Source of the DNA: Selaginella moellendorffii
Taxonomy: Eukaryota; Plantae; Lycopodiophyta
Direction: 5' to 3'
Length of the DNA stretch: 64,000 bases
NCBI RefSeq assembly: GCF_000143415.4
Contig: NW_003314262.1
Location: forward strand, 5,951,531 to 6,015,530
Below the pieces are notes generated by a model. The model did no database searches. It worked only from the letters and a program-made list of their open reading frames with translations, and was not told the DNA's origin. Positions 37,523 through 51,460 of this stretch are shown in pieces (positions within the stretch are counted from its first letter, which is position 1; every line of letters starts with the position of its first letter). The position numbers and the translations under genes were made by a program.

Positions 37523-40500
37523 ATTCTATGTAAGCATTGGAAAAGCAATACCATGGCAGATGCTTTAAGTCAGAAAACAAGCTTGAAGTTAGTGATATCT
37601 AACATAACAGTAACCTTCTAAGATAATGTGTGAATAATATATGAGAACGATGGTTTAGCACAAGAAGTGTTACTAAGGAATCAAAAAGTGCAAGATGTTC
37701 ACCAAAGAAGCAAGCCATCTAGGAAAGAGAAAATAAGTTATGTAAAACATAAAGGACTCATTTAATATAGGCAAACAACAGTGTATATTCCACAAGGGGA
37801 ACTAGGGAAGGTAGTTTTAGAAGAGTGTTACGATGTACCTTTTGTGAGACACAATAGAGTGCCCAAAATAATAGGTTTACTCAAGAGAATGTATCACTAG
37901 CCAAATATAGTTAAGGATGTTCAAAACATGTCTTTACATAGGCTATCACTAAGGCTAGTAGGGGCTTATTACAAAGCCTCCCAATCCTTGATTGACCATG
38001 AAAATGTTTTACAATAGACTTTATCATAGGATTTCCATTTGATGTGATATTTGTGGTGGTGGATCAATTTCCAAAAATGGCACATTTCATAACTACAACG
38101 GAAGTGGATGCAAAAGATAAAGTGAAACTGTTCTTCAAACAAGTGGTTTAAGTGCAAGGAAGACTAAAAGAAATTATCTCAAATTGAGATAAGATTTTTT
38201 AGAGAACTCTCTTGGAGCAATATTACACCAAGCTAAAATTTAGCACAACCTATCATCCACATACAGTTAATGAGTATCAAGTTAAGTATTATAGCAATAA
38301 CACTTCTTGATAGACAAGTAAATCGAAAGGGTGAATAGGCAACTGAATGATTATTTGCGATGCTATGTCTCTGGAGACTAAATTAATTGGGTAAATCATT
38401 TGGGACTTACAAAAATGTGCTATAACAACTCACCACATTCGAGTATTGGGGTGAGTTCATGGGAAGTCATCAATAGTTGAGCCATTGAAAGTCCCATAAA
38501 ATTTAATATGGTTGAGTATCATGGAGAGTTACCCATAGTGGAGGCTTTTACAGTAGAAAGACTTAAAATTTGGAATTTAGTAAAGGATTCCTTAGAACAA
38601 GCTTAACAAAGGTAAACCAAATACATGAACTAAAAGTGTTGAGACATAGAATTTTAGCTTGGGGAGAGGGTATGGCTGAACACCAAGAACCTAGGGTTAC
38701 CAAGTGGAATTAGCCAAAAATTAATCCAAAAGTAAAAAATGCATGTATTCCTAAAAATGAACTAATCTTGAGTTCCTTAAGCATGAGATTAAGGCTCAAA
38801 TTAGTAAAGTGGCTTGATGTCTTTAACTTCTCTAGGAGATAGGGAAGATGGACCTTGTGTTCCAAATAAACTTACTTAAGCCATACTTTGAGGGCCTGCT
38901 TTGCAAGGAACTTTTACCCTATATTATCCAAGGGGAGGAGAAATACACCAAGGCCATCCTCAATGCATGCAAGAAAAAGCAACAAGAACTTGAGATGGAG
39001 GAGTTCTATATAAAGTGGAAAGGATTTCCACTCTATAAAATAATATAGGAATCGGAGAACATGGCAAATGCTTGAGATGTAGTAAAGGAATTTTTGGAAA
39101 GTAAAACTTTATGTACTTATATAAAATTCAATTAAAGTATCCATTTATGAAATTGAGGAATGTTATAGATTAGGATTTGAAGGCATGCCAAAGATAAACT
39201 AATCAGTATGGGTTTAGCTAAGTTGACTAAGTATAGGGAGTTATGCCTAACTCCTTGAGGGAATATCAAATCTGTAAACATATTCTATAAAGGTTAGGTN
39301 NNNNNNNNNNNNNNNNNNNNNNNNNNNNNNNNNNNNNNNNNNNNNNNNNNNNNNNNNNNNNNNNNNNNNNNNNNNNNNNNNNNNNNNNNNNNNNNNNNNN
39401 NNNNNNNNNNNNNNNNNNNNNNNNNNNNNNNNNNNNNNNNNNNNNNNNNNNNNNNNNNNNNNNNNNNNNNNNNNNNNNNNNNNNNNNNNNNNNNNNNNNN
39501 NNNNNNNNNNNNNNNNNNNNNNNNNNNNNNNNNNNNNNNNNNNNNNNNNNNNNNNNNNNNNNNNNNNNNNNNNNNNNNNNNNNNNNNNNNNNNNNNNNNN
39601 NNNNNNNNNNNNNNNNNNNNNNNNNNNNNNNNNNNNNNNNNNNNNNNNNNNNNNNNNNNNNNNNNNNNNNNNNNNNNNNNNNNNNNNNNNNNNNNNNNNN
39701 NNNNNNNNNNNNNNNNNNNNNNNNNNNNNNNNNNNNNNNNNNNNNNNNNNNNNNNNNNNNNNNNNNNNNNNNNNNNNNNNNNNNNNNNNNNNNNNNNNNN
39801 NNNNNNNNNNNNNNNNNNNNNNNNNNNNNNNNNNNNNNNNNNNNNNNNNNNNNNNNNNNNNNNNNNNNNNNNNNNNNNNNNNNNNNNNNNNNNNNNNNNN
39901 NNNNNNNNNNNNNNNNNNNNNNNNNNNNNNNNNNNNNNNNNNNNNNNNNNNNNNNNNNNNNNNNNNNNNNNNNNNNNNNNNNNNNNNNNNNNNNNNNNNN
40001 NNNNNNNNNNNNNNNNNNNNNNNNNNNNNNNNNNNNNNNNNNNNNNNNNNNNNNNNNNNNNNNNNNNNNNNNNNNNNNNNNNNNNNNNNNNNNNNNNNNN
40101 NNNNNNNNNNNNNNNNNNNNNNNNNNNNNNNNNNNNNNNNNNNNNNNNNNNNNNNNNNNNNNNNNNNNTAAAATTAAATAGATATATTCAACTTCTTTTA
40201 GTGGTGGTGGAATTGTAAAGAATTAAATTCTCTAATGTGTTGTAGGCTAAAGAATCCTAAAATCATAACTAGAATGATAAAGAGTTCATTGGATGAGACC
40301 ATCTAAGATTAGGTTTAAGATTAAGTTCAAAACTAAGTTTGAGGTGAGTCCAAGATCAAGTCCGAGACCGAATCCAAATATCAATACAAGTTATGGGGTG
40401 AAAGCATAAATTATCATCTCCCGAAAAGGGAAGGGGGGGGGGGCGGGGGGGGGTTGGGTTAAGGATTTAGTTTTGAGGGAACTGTTTAATAGTACTTCCA

Positions 40501-41325
40501 AACTAAATTGAGGTTGAGATTAGGGGTTAGTGGCATTGGGTGGGAGTGAATATAGACTTAAGGGGTGCTAAAAATGCCTCCCAATGAAGTGCTCATGAGT
40601 AATTCCCACTCCAAGAAGAGAAACCAATTATAGTGTTACAAAATTATGTAGAGTGGTGCCCTATTTAAATATTATGCTATTTATTGGTCCTCACTCCTTT
40701 TTAGAGGTTTAGATTTTCCCTTTAGGATGAAAGTGGGGGAATAGAGGTACCTATACCAGACTATTAGGCCATAGTGCTTCCCTTTAAGGTCCCGAAGTAA
40801 AATATGCATTTAAGGCTTGGGATTTAAAAAGTTTTATAATCAAGTTTTGTTGTACCAAAGGATATTACGAATCTAAAGGTTTGGTGTGCTTGGTTGCTTA
40901 TGCATATATAGAGTGTAACCAAGCTTTAAATCTAGTCTAAACCAAGGAGGGGGATTGGGAGAGAATGTAGGAATTTATGGATGGATAACAAAGACCTTAT
41001 TACTTATGTAGTGGGTAGTTAAATCTAAATAGGTCCAAATATAAGCTAGTATAATAAGTGGGAACTTTGGCAAGGGAACTTATCCGAGGCCAAAATAAAT
41101 GTGGTCAAGGTAAATTGACTAATTGAAAAAGGAAAATTTATAGCTTACACTCCAATATCAATTGCTACTTTAGATAAATAATCTTTGAAAAAAACTAATA
41201 TCTTTTTAGGATTTGCTATATATGATAAAAGACCCAATAGGTCCCATCAGTGACAAATGTCATCTATATCAAACTAAAATGTTTGTATGGTTGAGTTGTC
41301 CTGCCAAATCTTGTATCTTATTATA

Positions 41326-41520
41326 TGTAAGCAATCAAAGAGAATAACTCGAAAGACAATCCATAAGGGTTCAAATATAAAAGGAAAGAGCTCATGAATA
41401 AGAATGCACCCCTTTTTTCAATTGATTAAAGATTTTGGGATACATGAGTTTAAACATCCTTGGGTTTGAATAGTATTGGGTTAAGTAACCTCTCAAGAAG
41501 TCAAAATTCAAGAATTTATA
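41326..41520 (+). mobile_element. Decayed solo Cassandra LTR
   Basis: 195-bp match to the Cassandra LTR; TSD TTATA/TTATG. Confidence 0.85.
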
Positions 41521-42249
41521 TTATGCTTGGCACCATTATATTTTTTGGAATTGACATTTTATAACGTGTATATTCCACTTTAAGCCATCCCATACATGTG
41601 ACATGTTTATTTTTCCCAACACATTGTAAAGCCTAGAATGAGTTATGGATTTCTTCCTCCACAATATTCACTACACCCAAATTTGGGCATGCACCTTATA
41701 TTATTGTGCTTTTGGGATTGTTAAAGTTTAAATTCTTTTTGGATGAGTAGTCTTGAACTAGAACATTGACATATCTAGTGTCTAGTCTATTTACATCATC
41801 ATTCTTAATTACATGTGAAACTGTTGCCACTTTCTTGCTAGAATTGTTTTTCTAATTTCCACTACAAGTGCTTAGATTTGATATAATGCCAATTTGCCTA
41901 GCTTATGTGTTGAAGTTAAGCATATTAACCACCCATTTCTTTGCATTACCAGGTGTGCCACTCTTTCTCATATAGAATTTCTACAAACTAGGTACTAAAC
42001 CAACATACCTTCCTTCTTAGAACTATTTGTAGGTGATGTATTGTAGTAGTGCCTTAGATAGATTGTCATAATAAACATCATACAAGTTTGTTTTTGTTTT
42101 GAAACTCTTTTCAGCTAGCTAATTCATATATTTCATTTTTAAATGGTTCATGTTTGATATGAATGGTGCTTTATCAATCACCTTATTCTAGTGAACAGTT
42201 AAAAATCTTCATCATTAAAAAATCATTCGAGCCTGAACTTTGAAAAGAG

Positions 42250-44565
42250 CCACAAGAATAGCTCTTATTCCCAAAAAGGAAATTTACTACAGTGCTCCTG
42301 ACTCATTGCTCCACTTGAGTACTATACTATTCATTGGTCCTCACTCCTCCCTAAGGGTTTGGGCTTTCCCTTTAAGATAGAAGTGGGAGAGTAAGGGTAT
42401 TTATACTAGGCCGTTATGCCACAGTGTTTCCTTTTTTGGTCCCAAAGTAAGATATGCATTTAAGGCTTGGGATTTAGAGGGTCCTATAATCAAGTTTTGT
42501 TGTACCAAGGAATATTAAAAATCTAGAGGTTTGGTGTGCTTAGTTGTTTGTGCCTACAGGGAGTGTAGCTAAACCTTAAGTCTAGTCTACTTGGGGAAGG
42601 AGATTGGGAGAGAATGTGAGAATCTATAGATAGATAGCAAACACCTTATTATTTATGTAGTGAGTAGTTGAATCCAAGTAAGTTTAAGTAGGAGTTAGTA
42701 CAATAAGTAGGAACCTTGGCAAGAGAACTTAACTATGGCTAAAACAAAAGTGGTTAGATAGACAAGGTAAGTTGGTAAATTAAAAAAGAAAATTTTATAG
42801 CTTATAATTTAGTACTAGAGCCTCTTTCTCAATTCTAGCAAAGAAAAGTAGAAGCAAGGTGTAAAAAAACTAAGGCAAAGATAGAATCTCCTTTAAAAAT
42901 GGAAAATAAAAAGTTGTGGATAAAAAATCTCTATATGAAGAGCACTCTAGTGAAGAACCTTCCAAATAAGAATTTAGTGGCAAGGTTTGGTCATCCAAGG
43001 CTTGATTAGAAGCTTTGGAAGGACAAGTGGTTAAGACAAATATCTTGCTAAAGACCCTCGTATGCAAATTAAAACATAATAAGAAGTAAAAAAAAAGAAA
43101 AGACTGCAGATGCTAGCAGTGTAAAAGTTATAGACCCTTTAGTGGGGATTGAGGCAAGACTAAACAAAGTTAAACAAACCAAAATAGAGTTGGTCCCTCA
43201 ACTAGTCCCNNNNNNNNNNNNNNNNNNNNNNNNNNNNNNNNNNNNNNNNNNNNNNNNNNNNNNNNNNNNNNNNNNNNNNNNNNNNNNNNNNNNNNNNNNN
43301 NNNNNNNNNAAAAAAGAGAGATCAAGGAGCTGCGATACTAGCTGCTACTTTGAGTGTTGTGGTTACAAATTAGAAAAGGTCCATGTGTAAAACTATATTT
43401 ACTAGATAATGCTCAGTCTTGGTGAAGAATAATGGAGGTCAACAAAATACTAGTGGCCATTTGAGAATCCATGTAATTTATATTCTTCTAAATGTTACGT
43501 TTACACCTCAAGGATGAATTGAGTAGGCTGAAGTAAACAAGAACCATTCAAAGTATGTAAATGCATTTATGCCGAAGAAAATGATTGTCATAGATATAGA
43601 CAACATAGACACATTCCATACCTTTATATCAAGCTTGTAGATCTAGGTTGGGGGCAAGGTGATGCACTTAAACCCAACCAACTAAAGAAAGCATTAGATG
43701 TAACTATTAAGGTGCATTTCAATGATAACTTGCGAAAATGGAACATAACACGGTCTAAGTCCACATTTAGCAAGAAAGCCAAACTAAAAGGGATATATGG
43801 GAAAGGGAAATTCATGAAGAGTTTATCTAAGAATGAATCTTTAGGATTTTGGAAAGGTAGATTTATAGGGGAGTCAAGCAAAAAGGGATAAATCCATTGA
43901 TAAAAGAATTAGTAATATAGAAAACAATATATGTTACAATTGTGGTGAAGTAGGACACTTTTAGAAATAATATCCCTTCAGAGTCAATATGACCATTAAA
44001 TTGGGTGAAGTTTAAACTAAGGTATGTGATCCAATTCCTAACTCAAATTTACTCAGCACATGAGCAACGTTAGTAAAGAGTCATTTGTAACATCTATTAG
44101 CTCTCTAAAGGAAGCTTAGAAATAACTTTGTTAAAATCTTTATTGATATGAGTGCTTTAGATAATTTTGTGGTTGTAAACATAGTCTGGCAAACCGGACT
44201 AATAGTGCAACAGCTAGAAGAACCAAAGATTATAAAGTTTATTTATGGTAGCCAAAGCACTGATAAAGTACTTTGATAAGTAAGAGTCAAAGTAGGAACA
44301 TGGAAAGTGGATATAGATTTCACTATTTTAGACATCACGTGATCTTCAAGAAGTAGCTTTACATAGGGAAAGTAGGAACTTAGTGATGTCTGAGGAGAAT
44401 GATTTAGGATGGAGGCTTAAGATCTAAATGTAGGGCAATATAAAGTTAAAGACTCTTGTTTGAACATAGTGACTATGAGAGAACAACTTACTAAAAGAAC
44501 CAAGACAACATTTTTGTGCTTATTTTTTAATAGGGAGTGACAAAAAGATGGGAATAAAGGAACTG
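42250..44565 (+). mobile_element. Ty3/gypsy family A copy 3: partial LTR, PBS, gag and protease
   Basis: LTR end ~42806; PBS remnant tagtactagagc; gag nearly duplicates 35150-36200; CYNCGEVGHF at ~43932; LIDMSALDNF at ~44140; truncated at ~44565. Confidence 0.85.
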
Positions 44566-44569
44566 ACAA

Positions 44570-46160
44570 GATAAATATAGTAACTATTTAAGCTTTGCAT
44601 GACATCAAGAATTTTGAAGATGTTATCACATTAGTAACATGGGAAGATTTTAGCAAACTTTACCTATTCTTAAAAGAGTTTGTTACACATAAGTCATCCA
44701 AAACAACATCAAATCCTCACCAATATGATTTAAACTCCTAGAGTTCTTATTGCATATAAACAAGTGAATCAAGATGGCTTGTGAGCTTGGGAAATGACAA
44801 TTTCCCTAACCACTCAGAATTTAACCAAGATATTATCAAATTATTACTAACATCCACTACTAGAGAACAAATGATAGATAGTGTGTTTGGGAAATATATA
44901 GAGCCAAGTGACTTGAGAAAGGCTATTCTCACAACTTTAAATGACCTCTCTCTAGAAGTAAATGACTAAGTTCTTTCAAGAATGAGTAACAATAACATAC
45001 AAGAGCATAAATCAGATGAGACTATCCTATGGAGTTCTTAAACTTAGTAACACCATCTCAAATACTTCCACACATGCTGAACATAAAAATCAATTGTATC
45101 ATAATGCTCTTATATAACATTGACATGAAAAAAAGCATGTGTAATGGCACTAACTACCATAACCAAAGCTTTACCAAATGTCATCAAAGCTAGTAAAAAA
45201 ACCCTTCTACCAAGGATCTTTTTGAAACCAACAAATGGAAATATATCATTCATTCTAAAATGGTAGTAATTCCTTATAAAGCTTGCATTTTTTGTTACAA
45301 TTTGCAAATCCCAAGGACAAACATTGCAAAATATAAAGATATTCTTATCAAGACTGGTTTTTAGCTATGGTCAACTTTATATTGGGCTCTCAAGGGGAAC
45401 ATCAAAGAAACAAATTAAAATATCTAGAGAATAATGTGAGGGATAAAATTTCTGTAAGCTCTTGAATTTGGACTTCCCAGGAGGTCATTCAACCTAGTAC
45501 TATTTAAACCCAAGGATGCTTAACCTTAAATATCCCAAAACCCTTAATTGATTGGAAAAAGGGGTGCATTCTTGTTCATAGGCTCTTTCCCTCCATATTT
45601 CTATATTTGAAACCCTATAAATCGTCTCTCAAATCGTTCCTTTTGGTTGCTTACAATCCACTACGCTTCTTTGCAAGTTTACGCCTTTGTGAACGGAAGT
45701 TGAGAGCTGTAGCTCTCTTGAGAGCCCCACTCTCTTGACACTTTACCCCTCGAATCGAGCCCAGCAAGAGTAAACTAGACCTACCAAATGTCAATCAACA
45801 TGTGGTGCGATTCCCTTAGCCAACCAATAGAGTCGAACTCGAGACCCCTTTGATACCAAATGTAAGCTTCTGAATTTGGACTTTTTGAGAGGTCACTCAG
45901 CCTAGTATTATTCAAACCCAAGGACGCTTAACCCCGAATATCCTAAAACCCTTAACCAATTGGAAAAGGAGGTGCACTCTTGTTCATGGGCCTTTTCCCT
46001 CTATATTTGAACCTTTATAAATTGTCTCTCAAATCGTTCCCTTTGGTTGCTTATAGTTTCTTTTAAAACAAAATCATGTATACAAAAAATATAGTTTATA
46101 AAGAAATTTTTTAAATTGATAATATTAAAACAACATAATTACTATCTATTCTAGCTAGTC
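44570..46160 (+). mobile_element. Helitron remnant: C-terminal PIF1-type helicase and probable 3' end
   Basis: GRF*QTLPIL, WLVSLGND, KAILTTLN, YPMEFLN..LPH, CNGT, LPRI, IKLAFFVTICKSQGQTL..VFSYGQLYIGLSR, then TKNIVYKEIF* after the Cassandra insertion; CTAG cluster at 46151-46163. Confidence 0.85.
45453..46055 (-). mobile_element. Complete, older Cassandra TRIM inserted in the Helitron helicase
   Basis: Two LTRs (45453-~45655 and ~45860-46055); PBS tgatacca at ~45851; TSD ATTTC/GTTTC. Confidence 0.92.
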
Positions 46161-46209
46161 TAGCCTTCATTGTATCACCTGTTGAATATCTGCAATTATA
46201 ACCTCAATA

Positions 46210-46918
46210 GTTTTGGAAACCCTAAAAGTAAAAACCCTTAGAAAAGGTGTATCCTTGTAACAAGTTGCAAGGGAAAAAGACCCCATCCCCCGCATCACTA
46301 TTGCCCAAATGTGTGGTGGCTAGCAGCACAATAGCCACTTCTGCAGCTTTTGCCATGGTGTAGGACAATCTAAAGTGGGTTTGTGAGGTCCTATCCAAGG
46401 AACTTGCAAATGCTCTCTCACTCCTAACATGGACCATTCATAGACCATTCATGTCATCAATGTTGTCAAACGGTCAATAAATCAAGCTTGAGAGAGAGTA
46501 GAAAAGAATCACATCAATCAATTAGTTGATTAATCAATTGCAATGATTATGCTCAATTGGAGTAAAGAAAAAAAGGCAAGACAATGTAAAAGAGGACCAA
46601 AGGACATGCGGAGAAAGCATCTAAAATCTTGACGAAGCCCTTAATGATAAATTATTAAAATTATTTAGTTTAGCAAAAAGTAGAAGACAAAATTGCAAAA
46701 GTCTATTTCTGTTCTTTTTGCAAGGGTGGTGGCAATGAGCAATATAAAGAACAATGCAACTTAGAAGGACCTTTAGTGGGGAATGGTAAACATTTCTTCT
46801 TCTTCTTCACCAAGTTATGCTTGAGAATTTGCTCAATCTTCTCTGATTTTTTCTTCTTTGATTTCATTGTTGGGTGGAGCTCTATATGCTTGTACATGGC
46901 ACTTCCTCTATAATGCTG
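46210..46918 (+). pseudogene. Decayed partial duplicate of the ycf49-like gene at 60824
   Basis: Collinear with 60780-61402, including introns 1 and 2; dense C>T/G>A changes, loss of the start region, ~160-bp insertion in intron 1; ends within exon 3. Confidence 0.9.
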
Positions 46919-47688
46919 GTTGAACTTTGTGTTGTGTGAAGGTCTTTAGAATAATCTAAGTCACATTGTTCATGGGAAGTTGCAACTTCTACAAAACTCA
47001 TGGCAAAACATTGATCCCAAATCTAAAATCAATGATAGAGTGAGGCAAATTTTGTCCTTCAATTATTGCTATATAGAAGAATATACCACATAAATATCAT
47101 GCTTCTTGAGCTCATTCAAAACATGAGTCACAATTGTGGAGCTCATGTAGTGCCAAAGTGAGAGGCGCGGACCATACTTGAGTTCACGAGTTGAGCTCAA
47201 TTTTTAATTGTAATTTAGTACAAATATTATAAACTTTAAAATTTTAAGGTTATGGCGAACCTAATAATTTAATAACTCTCTCTATATTATATAGATAAAT
47301 ATATTCTAAAGAACACTTCTTGTTCTAATAATTTAAATATTTACTACATGTAATGATAGGAACATTTGTTAGAACATAAAATAAAATGTTTGCAAAAAGA
47401 GAATTCTTATCACTTCTTTAAATTTGTACTCTATACTTTCTAGCTAGTAAATGTCAAGTTTGTCAGAATTAAAAAATTATTAAATTTGAAATAAGATTCT
47501 ATGTAAAGCTATATAACCATTTGAAAGGAAAAAAAAATAACCATTGATGTAAGCTTATTGCATATAAAAGAAAGATTTGGTTCTTTTTAGAATACATTCT
47601 TGAGGGGTTTGTCGTAGCATACTGTCTAGAATTTATAGATTTTCATTCACACTCTTATTCGAAAAAAAAGAAATACACACAAATATCT

Positions 47689-48099
47689 ATGGGTTCTAGT
47701 GTTGGTAATTTTAACTCTCACAATCTTTCTTCCCAGGGTTCAAGAGCTAGGAGATGCAATAACTATCCCATTACACAGAATAACCAAACCACACAAGAGA
47801 ATGAAAGAGAGGATAGTGAGGATAGTGATCATGAGTTAGAGATAAATGCAATGACAGAGGGTGCAACAAATTGGGTGAAAAAGAATGCCCTCTTACTTTT
47901 TTTTAAAAAGTGCAATTTTGCCACTTTCAAGAAGTGCCCCATATGTTTTTTAGCGTTTGGTGGAAACAATGGCAATGATCAGTATGATAGTATATATGCT
48001 GTTGCGACACACTGCAACATCACGTACCCGAAAGACTATCATGAAATCTTTTTTGAGATGGTAAAGACAGAAATGGAGACACACGAGTACTATAGGTAG
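47689..48099 (+). CDS. Small transposon-borne protein with a CPIC..H..H putative zinc finger (ZnF-A)
   Basis: Intact 136-aa ORF; acidic patch, then KKCPICFLAF..THC..YHEIFFEMVKTEMETHEYY. Confidence 0.6.
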   Translation: MGSSVGNFNSHNLSSQGSRARRCNNYPITQNNQTTQENEREDSEDSDHELEINAMTEGATNWVKKNALLLFFKKCNFATFKKCPICFLAFGGNNGNDQYDSIYAVATHCNITYPKDYHEIFFEMVKTEMETHEYYR

Positions 48100-48226
48100 T
48101 ATTGCGAAAAGAACACTCGAAAGCATATAAAATGAAAAGTGAAATAAAAAAGTATATTTTTATTAATTATATAAAGTATAATAAGTTTTATTGATAGAGA
48201 ATAAACATCGATAATGTTGGAGAAAT

Positions 48227-51200
48227 CTAATTAGCTCCAAAAGTTTTTTGCAACTCAGCAATAGTAAGGCTTGCTTGGTGTATATGAATATCCACTTTAG
48301 GATCCTGGTACAAGATGTTGATGAAAATGTAGTATATATGCTTGCAAGGAGCATATGCCTTCTCATGTTCCTCACGCTTCGTAAAGTCTGGACATGTGCA
48401 AGAAGGAAAGTCGTAAATAGCAATTGTGTACTCTTCACCTTCTGTTTTGACTATGTACTCCTTTGCAAGCACAATGATGTACTTCATGGAGAGAATCTCA
48501 CACTCAAGTGTTTGAGCCAAGTTTATTTTAGCTTGCTTCTGTTTGGAGACAGTACCAATAAATTTAACTGCCTTATTTTTTGGTGCTGGCCTCCTGTGCA
48601 TCTCTGTAGGAATAGTTCTGCTCCTCTCACTCATGTCTCCAACTCTCCTCTCAAGATTAAAACCAGATTTCTCAAGGTTTTCAATCTCATCCGAGGTGAG
48701 CGCGACCCCATTAGCAACCAGCCATTCTTTAGGTACTACATCAGGTTTAGTCACTATAGTGTTTTCAAGCCGCTTTGTATGGTTGGTGTCGGTGTTGCAA
48801 CAATATAGCCAGCACCATCTTGAAAATCTTGCTTGCTTTTGTTCCCCATAGAAACATGGGGCTGGAATAGAAGAAAATTTGTCACCGCAAATCCAGGCCT
48901 AACACTTGCCCTTCGGAAGCATCCCCACACACCTTACATTCGATTTTGCTGGCATGTGTCGGATTGCCCATTACTTCGGCTCCACGCTACGGTAAGCAAT
49001 TTCAACCTGTTGCGATGCACTCTCTTCATCAGCTACTTGAGGTGGCTTGGTCTGAGAGCGGTGTCTTGGAGCAGAATGGTACTCGACATTAGGCCTGTGA
49101 GAGCTTTTTGCTCCAAGGTCCATACCAACATCTTCCCCAGCAAAGGAAAAATGACGCTTTGAATGGACAATCTTCATATCACCAATAGAAGCTCGGGGAG
49201 TGTACTCTATAGATGTGCCACGGACCACTTTCTCAACTGCAATTGCCACTGTTTGGGTGGGTGGAGTTAATTTTCTCTTCATCCTATCATGTAATATCTC
49301 AATAGAAGGCCCTATTCCCATGTATCTTCCTTCCTCGAATGCCAGTGCTTTTGAAAATTGCTTTATAACACGTATCAAATCTGATAGACAGGCTTCGTAT
49401 AGACTCATCTTCCCTTGCTCTGCCTCAAAGGAACACCAACTCCAATGCTTACTTTCGGAGAGATTCACAGTTGGGGTGTATGCGAGGTCCTCAAGTGGTT
49501 GATCATAATGGAAAAGGCAATATTAAGAGGTAATAAAAGGAGAAGAAAAAATATAAACCAACCTGAAAAGAGTGATGTCCCCACTGGAACATCCTAACTT
49601 CCCACCATCCTAACCATGACTCAAGTTGTGGTAGGCAACTTACGTTTGTATAGCCATATTCACGCCACCACATTTGAATCTTGTTTGCTTTTGCCTCATG
49701 CTTTTCTTTAGAAGGTGCAACCTGCCATTGTTTGCACAACTCCTTAAATATTGATTGAAACTCTGGCTTGATAAGGTGGTAGTGCTGGTTTAGGCTTTGA
49801 ACCCAATGGAACTCACAAGTCCTCTCATGACCTTCCAATGGTTGACCATTCCCAAAAACTACTCGGATACCATTCTAGTTTGCACCAACCCATCTACCAT
49901 GAAACCACGAAAGTTTGCAAGCTTACCAGTCTTCTTTAGGACAATATCAGAGAGGGACTTCCAAAATATTTCCTATGTTATCTAGTCTTGTACTTTAAAC
50001 TCTGTTGTTGCAATTGTTAAGTTACAATGTAGCCTATGAAAACATAAATATTATAATAATTTCAATATAATGAAAATAAAAATTACCTTGGATTATACAC
50101 ATGAGCTCCTATGGTTGTCCAACCGGATACACGTTTCATATGGTCAAAATGTACCCATGCATTTGCAAGGTCACTAGACCCAAACATGTCCATTCGGGAG
50201 ACAAGATCTACGCTAGAGGCAGGGCCCATGGTAAACATTTTGAAGACGAAGAGGCGCTCTTGCTCATTCACAACTTAGTCTGGAAACAAACTTCCATGGA
50301 TGAACTCGTATGAACAGGTTTGTTTCAATTCAAGGATGGAGTCAATTTTATATTGCAACTTCCCTCTCGAGATTCACACATCCAAGATTTTATCCTAAAC
50401 AATATAATGTAAGAAAATTTATTATTATAACGTATGAAAAATAACAGATGTACCTCCTTAGGCTAGTAGCAGGTTGTACTCCTCGTAGTAAATCCCGCAA
50501 GCTAACCTCGTTTAGTTGAGTCTTTTGGCAACTTGAATTGAGTAAGGTATTTGCGATAAAATCCTTGAGGATGGTCTTCTGAGCATGCTTCGGAGTTGTA
50601 GATGAGTTTCTCATAATCTCTTCCTACATAGCATCTTTGAAATGGTTGAAAGAACTCCTTTGTATCCTTTCTTGCATTGGATGCATATGTGTGCCAACAT
50701 GCATTGCAACTCTTCTAGCCACTCCATCCCATGGAAGAAAGTAGTACATCTTGGCCTTGCAGATAGCACGACATAGAGGAGCATTTTTGCAGAATCAACA
50801 TTTGAATCCAACAGCAATGGTGTCACAGGCTGGAAGATTGACTGTAGACCCTTCGAAAAATATAGAGTTTCTAGAGCAATCTTGATTGCATGCTTCATCC
50901 ACACAATCTAAGTGCCCGCTACAATGAACTATAGATACTGTGCCTTCAAAATGTTGGAAGTGTGTGGTCTTGATCTTGCACCAATTGTGGACATCCTGCT
51001 TGATTTCCATCCCCTTCCGTTTGGAACTTGTGTTGCTGACAAGAGGTGGTAGCTCGAAGAAAATGTTGCCGTTGTAGGAGGATGGAAACTCACTCACAAG
51101 CCTATACAAAAACAAGTGCATGTTGATTGAGAGGCGTGAAAACTAGAAAGCATTGCTAACGACTTTGAATATTGCTAAAGTTGGAGCTGAAGCTGGAGCT

Positions 51201-51460
51201 GGAGCTAGTGAATTTGGCACCGACACTAGCATGACTTCTCCACTTGAACTAGAAGAGGACAAGACGATAACGATTGACTCTTGCTTCACATTCACTTTGG
51301 CTGGAGCTCATTTTGGCATTTTGACTGGAGATCTAAACACTTGAATCTCCTTTGACTTGGAATTTCGTAAATCCCATTGTTGTCCACCCTCACCCACACC
51401 AGAAAGAAGAAACTCTGAGTATGCAACTATATCGGTGTTGTTGCGGATCACAGCCTCTAA
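48227..51460 (-). pseudogene. MULE-like DDE transposase with an N-terminal Cys/His (WRKY/GCM-like) domain and a C-terminal SWIM finger; introns, stops and frameshifts
   Basis: WCKIKTT..HCSGHLDCVDEAC..HVGTHMHP; HFDHMKR (D 50143-50145); GFMVD (D 49892-49894); TCEFHW (CxxH); TVNLSESKH (E); SWIM CTCPDF..PCKH. Short GT-AG introns; 5' end approximate. Confidence 0.85.

Larger units (their letters stand above)
33486..41149 (+). mobile_element. Ty3/gypsy family A copy 2, heavily decayed, with the 5' LTR inverted
   Basis: 5' LTR ~33574-34592 reads on the minus strand with a PBS remnant at ~33560; gag ~35190-36200; RT-INT-chromodomain 36250-39110 (protease region deleted); PPT ~40200; 3' LTR ~40214-41149. 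TSD CTCCA at 41150-41154 and TGGAG at 34593-34597. Confidence 0.88.
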
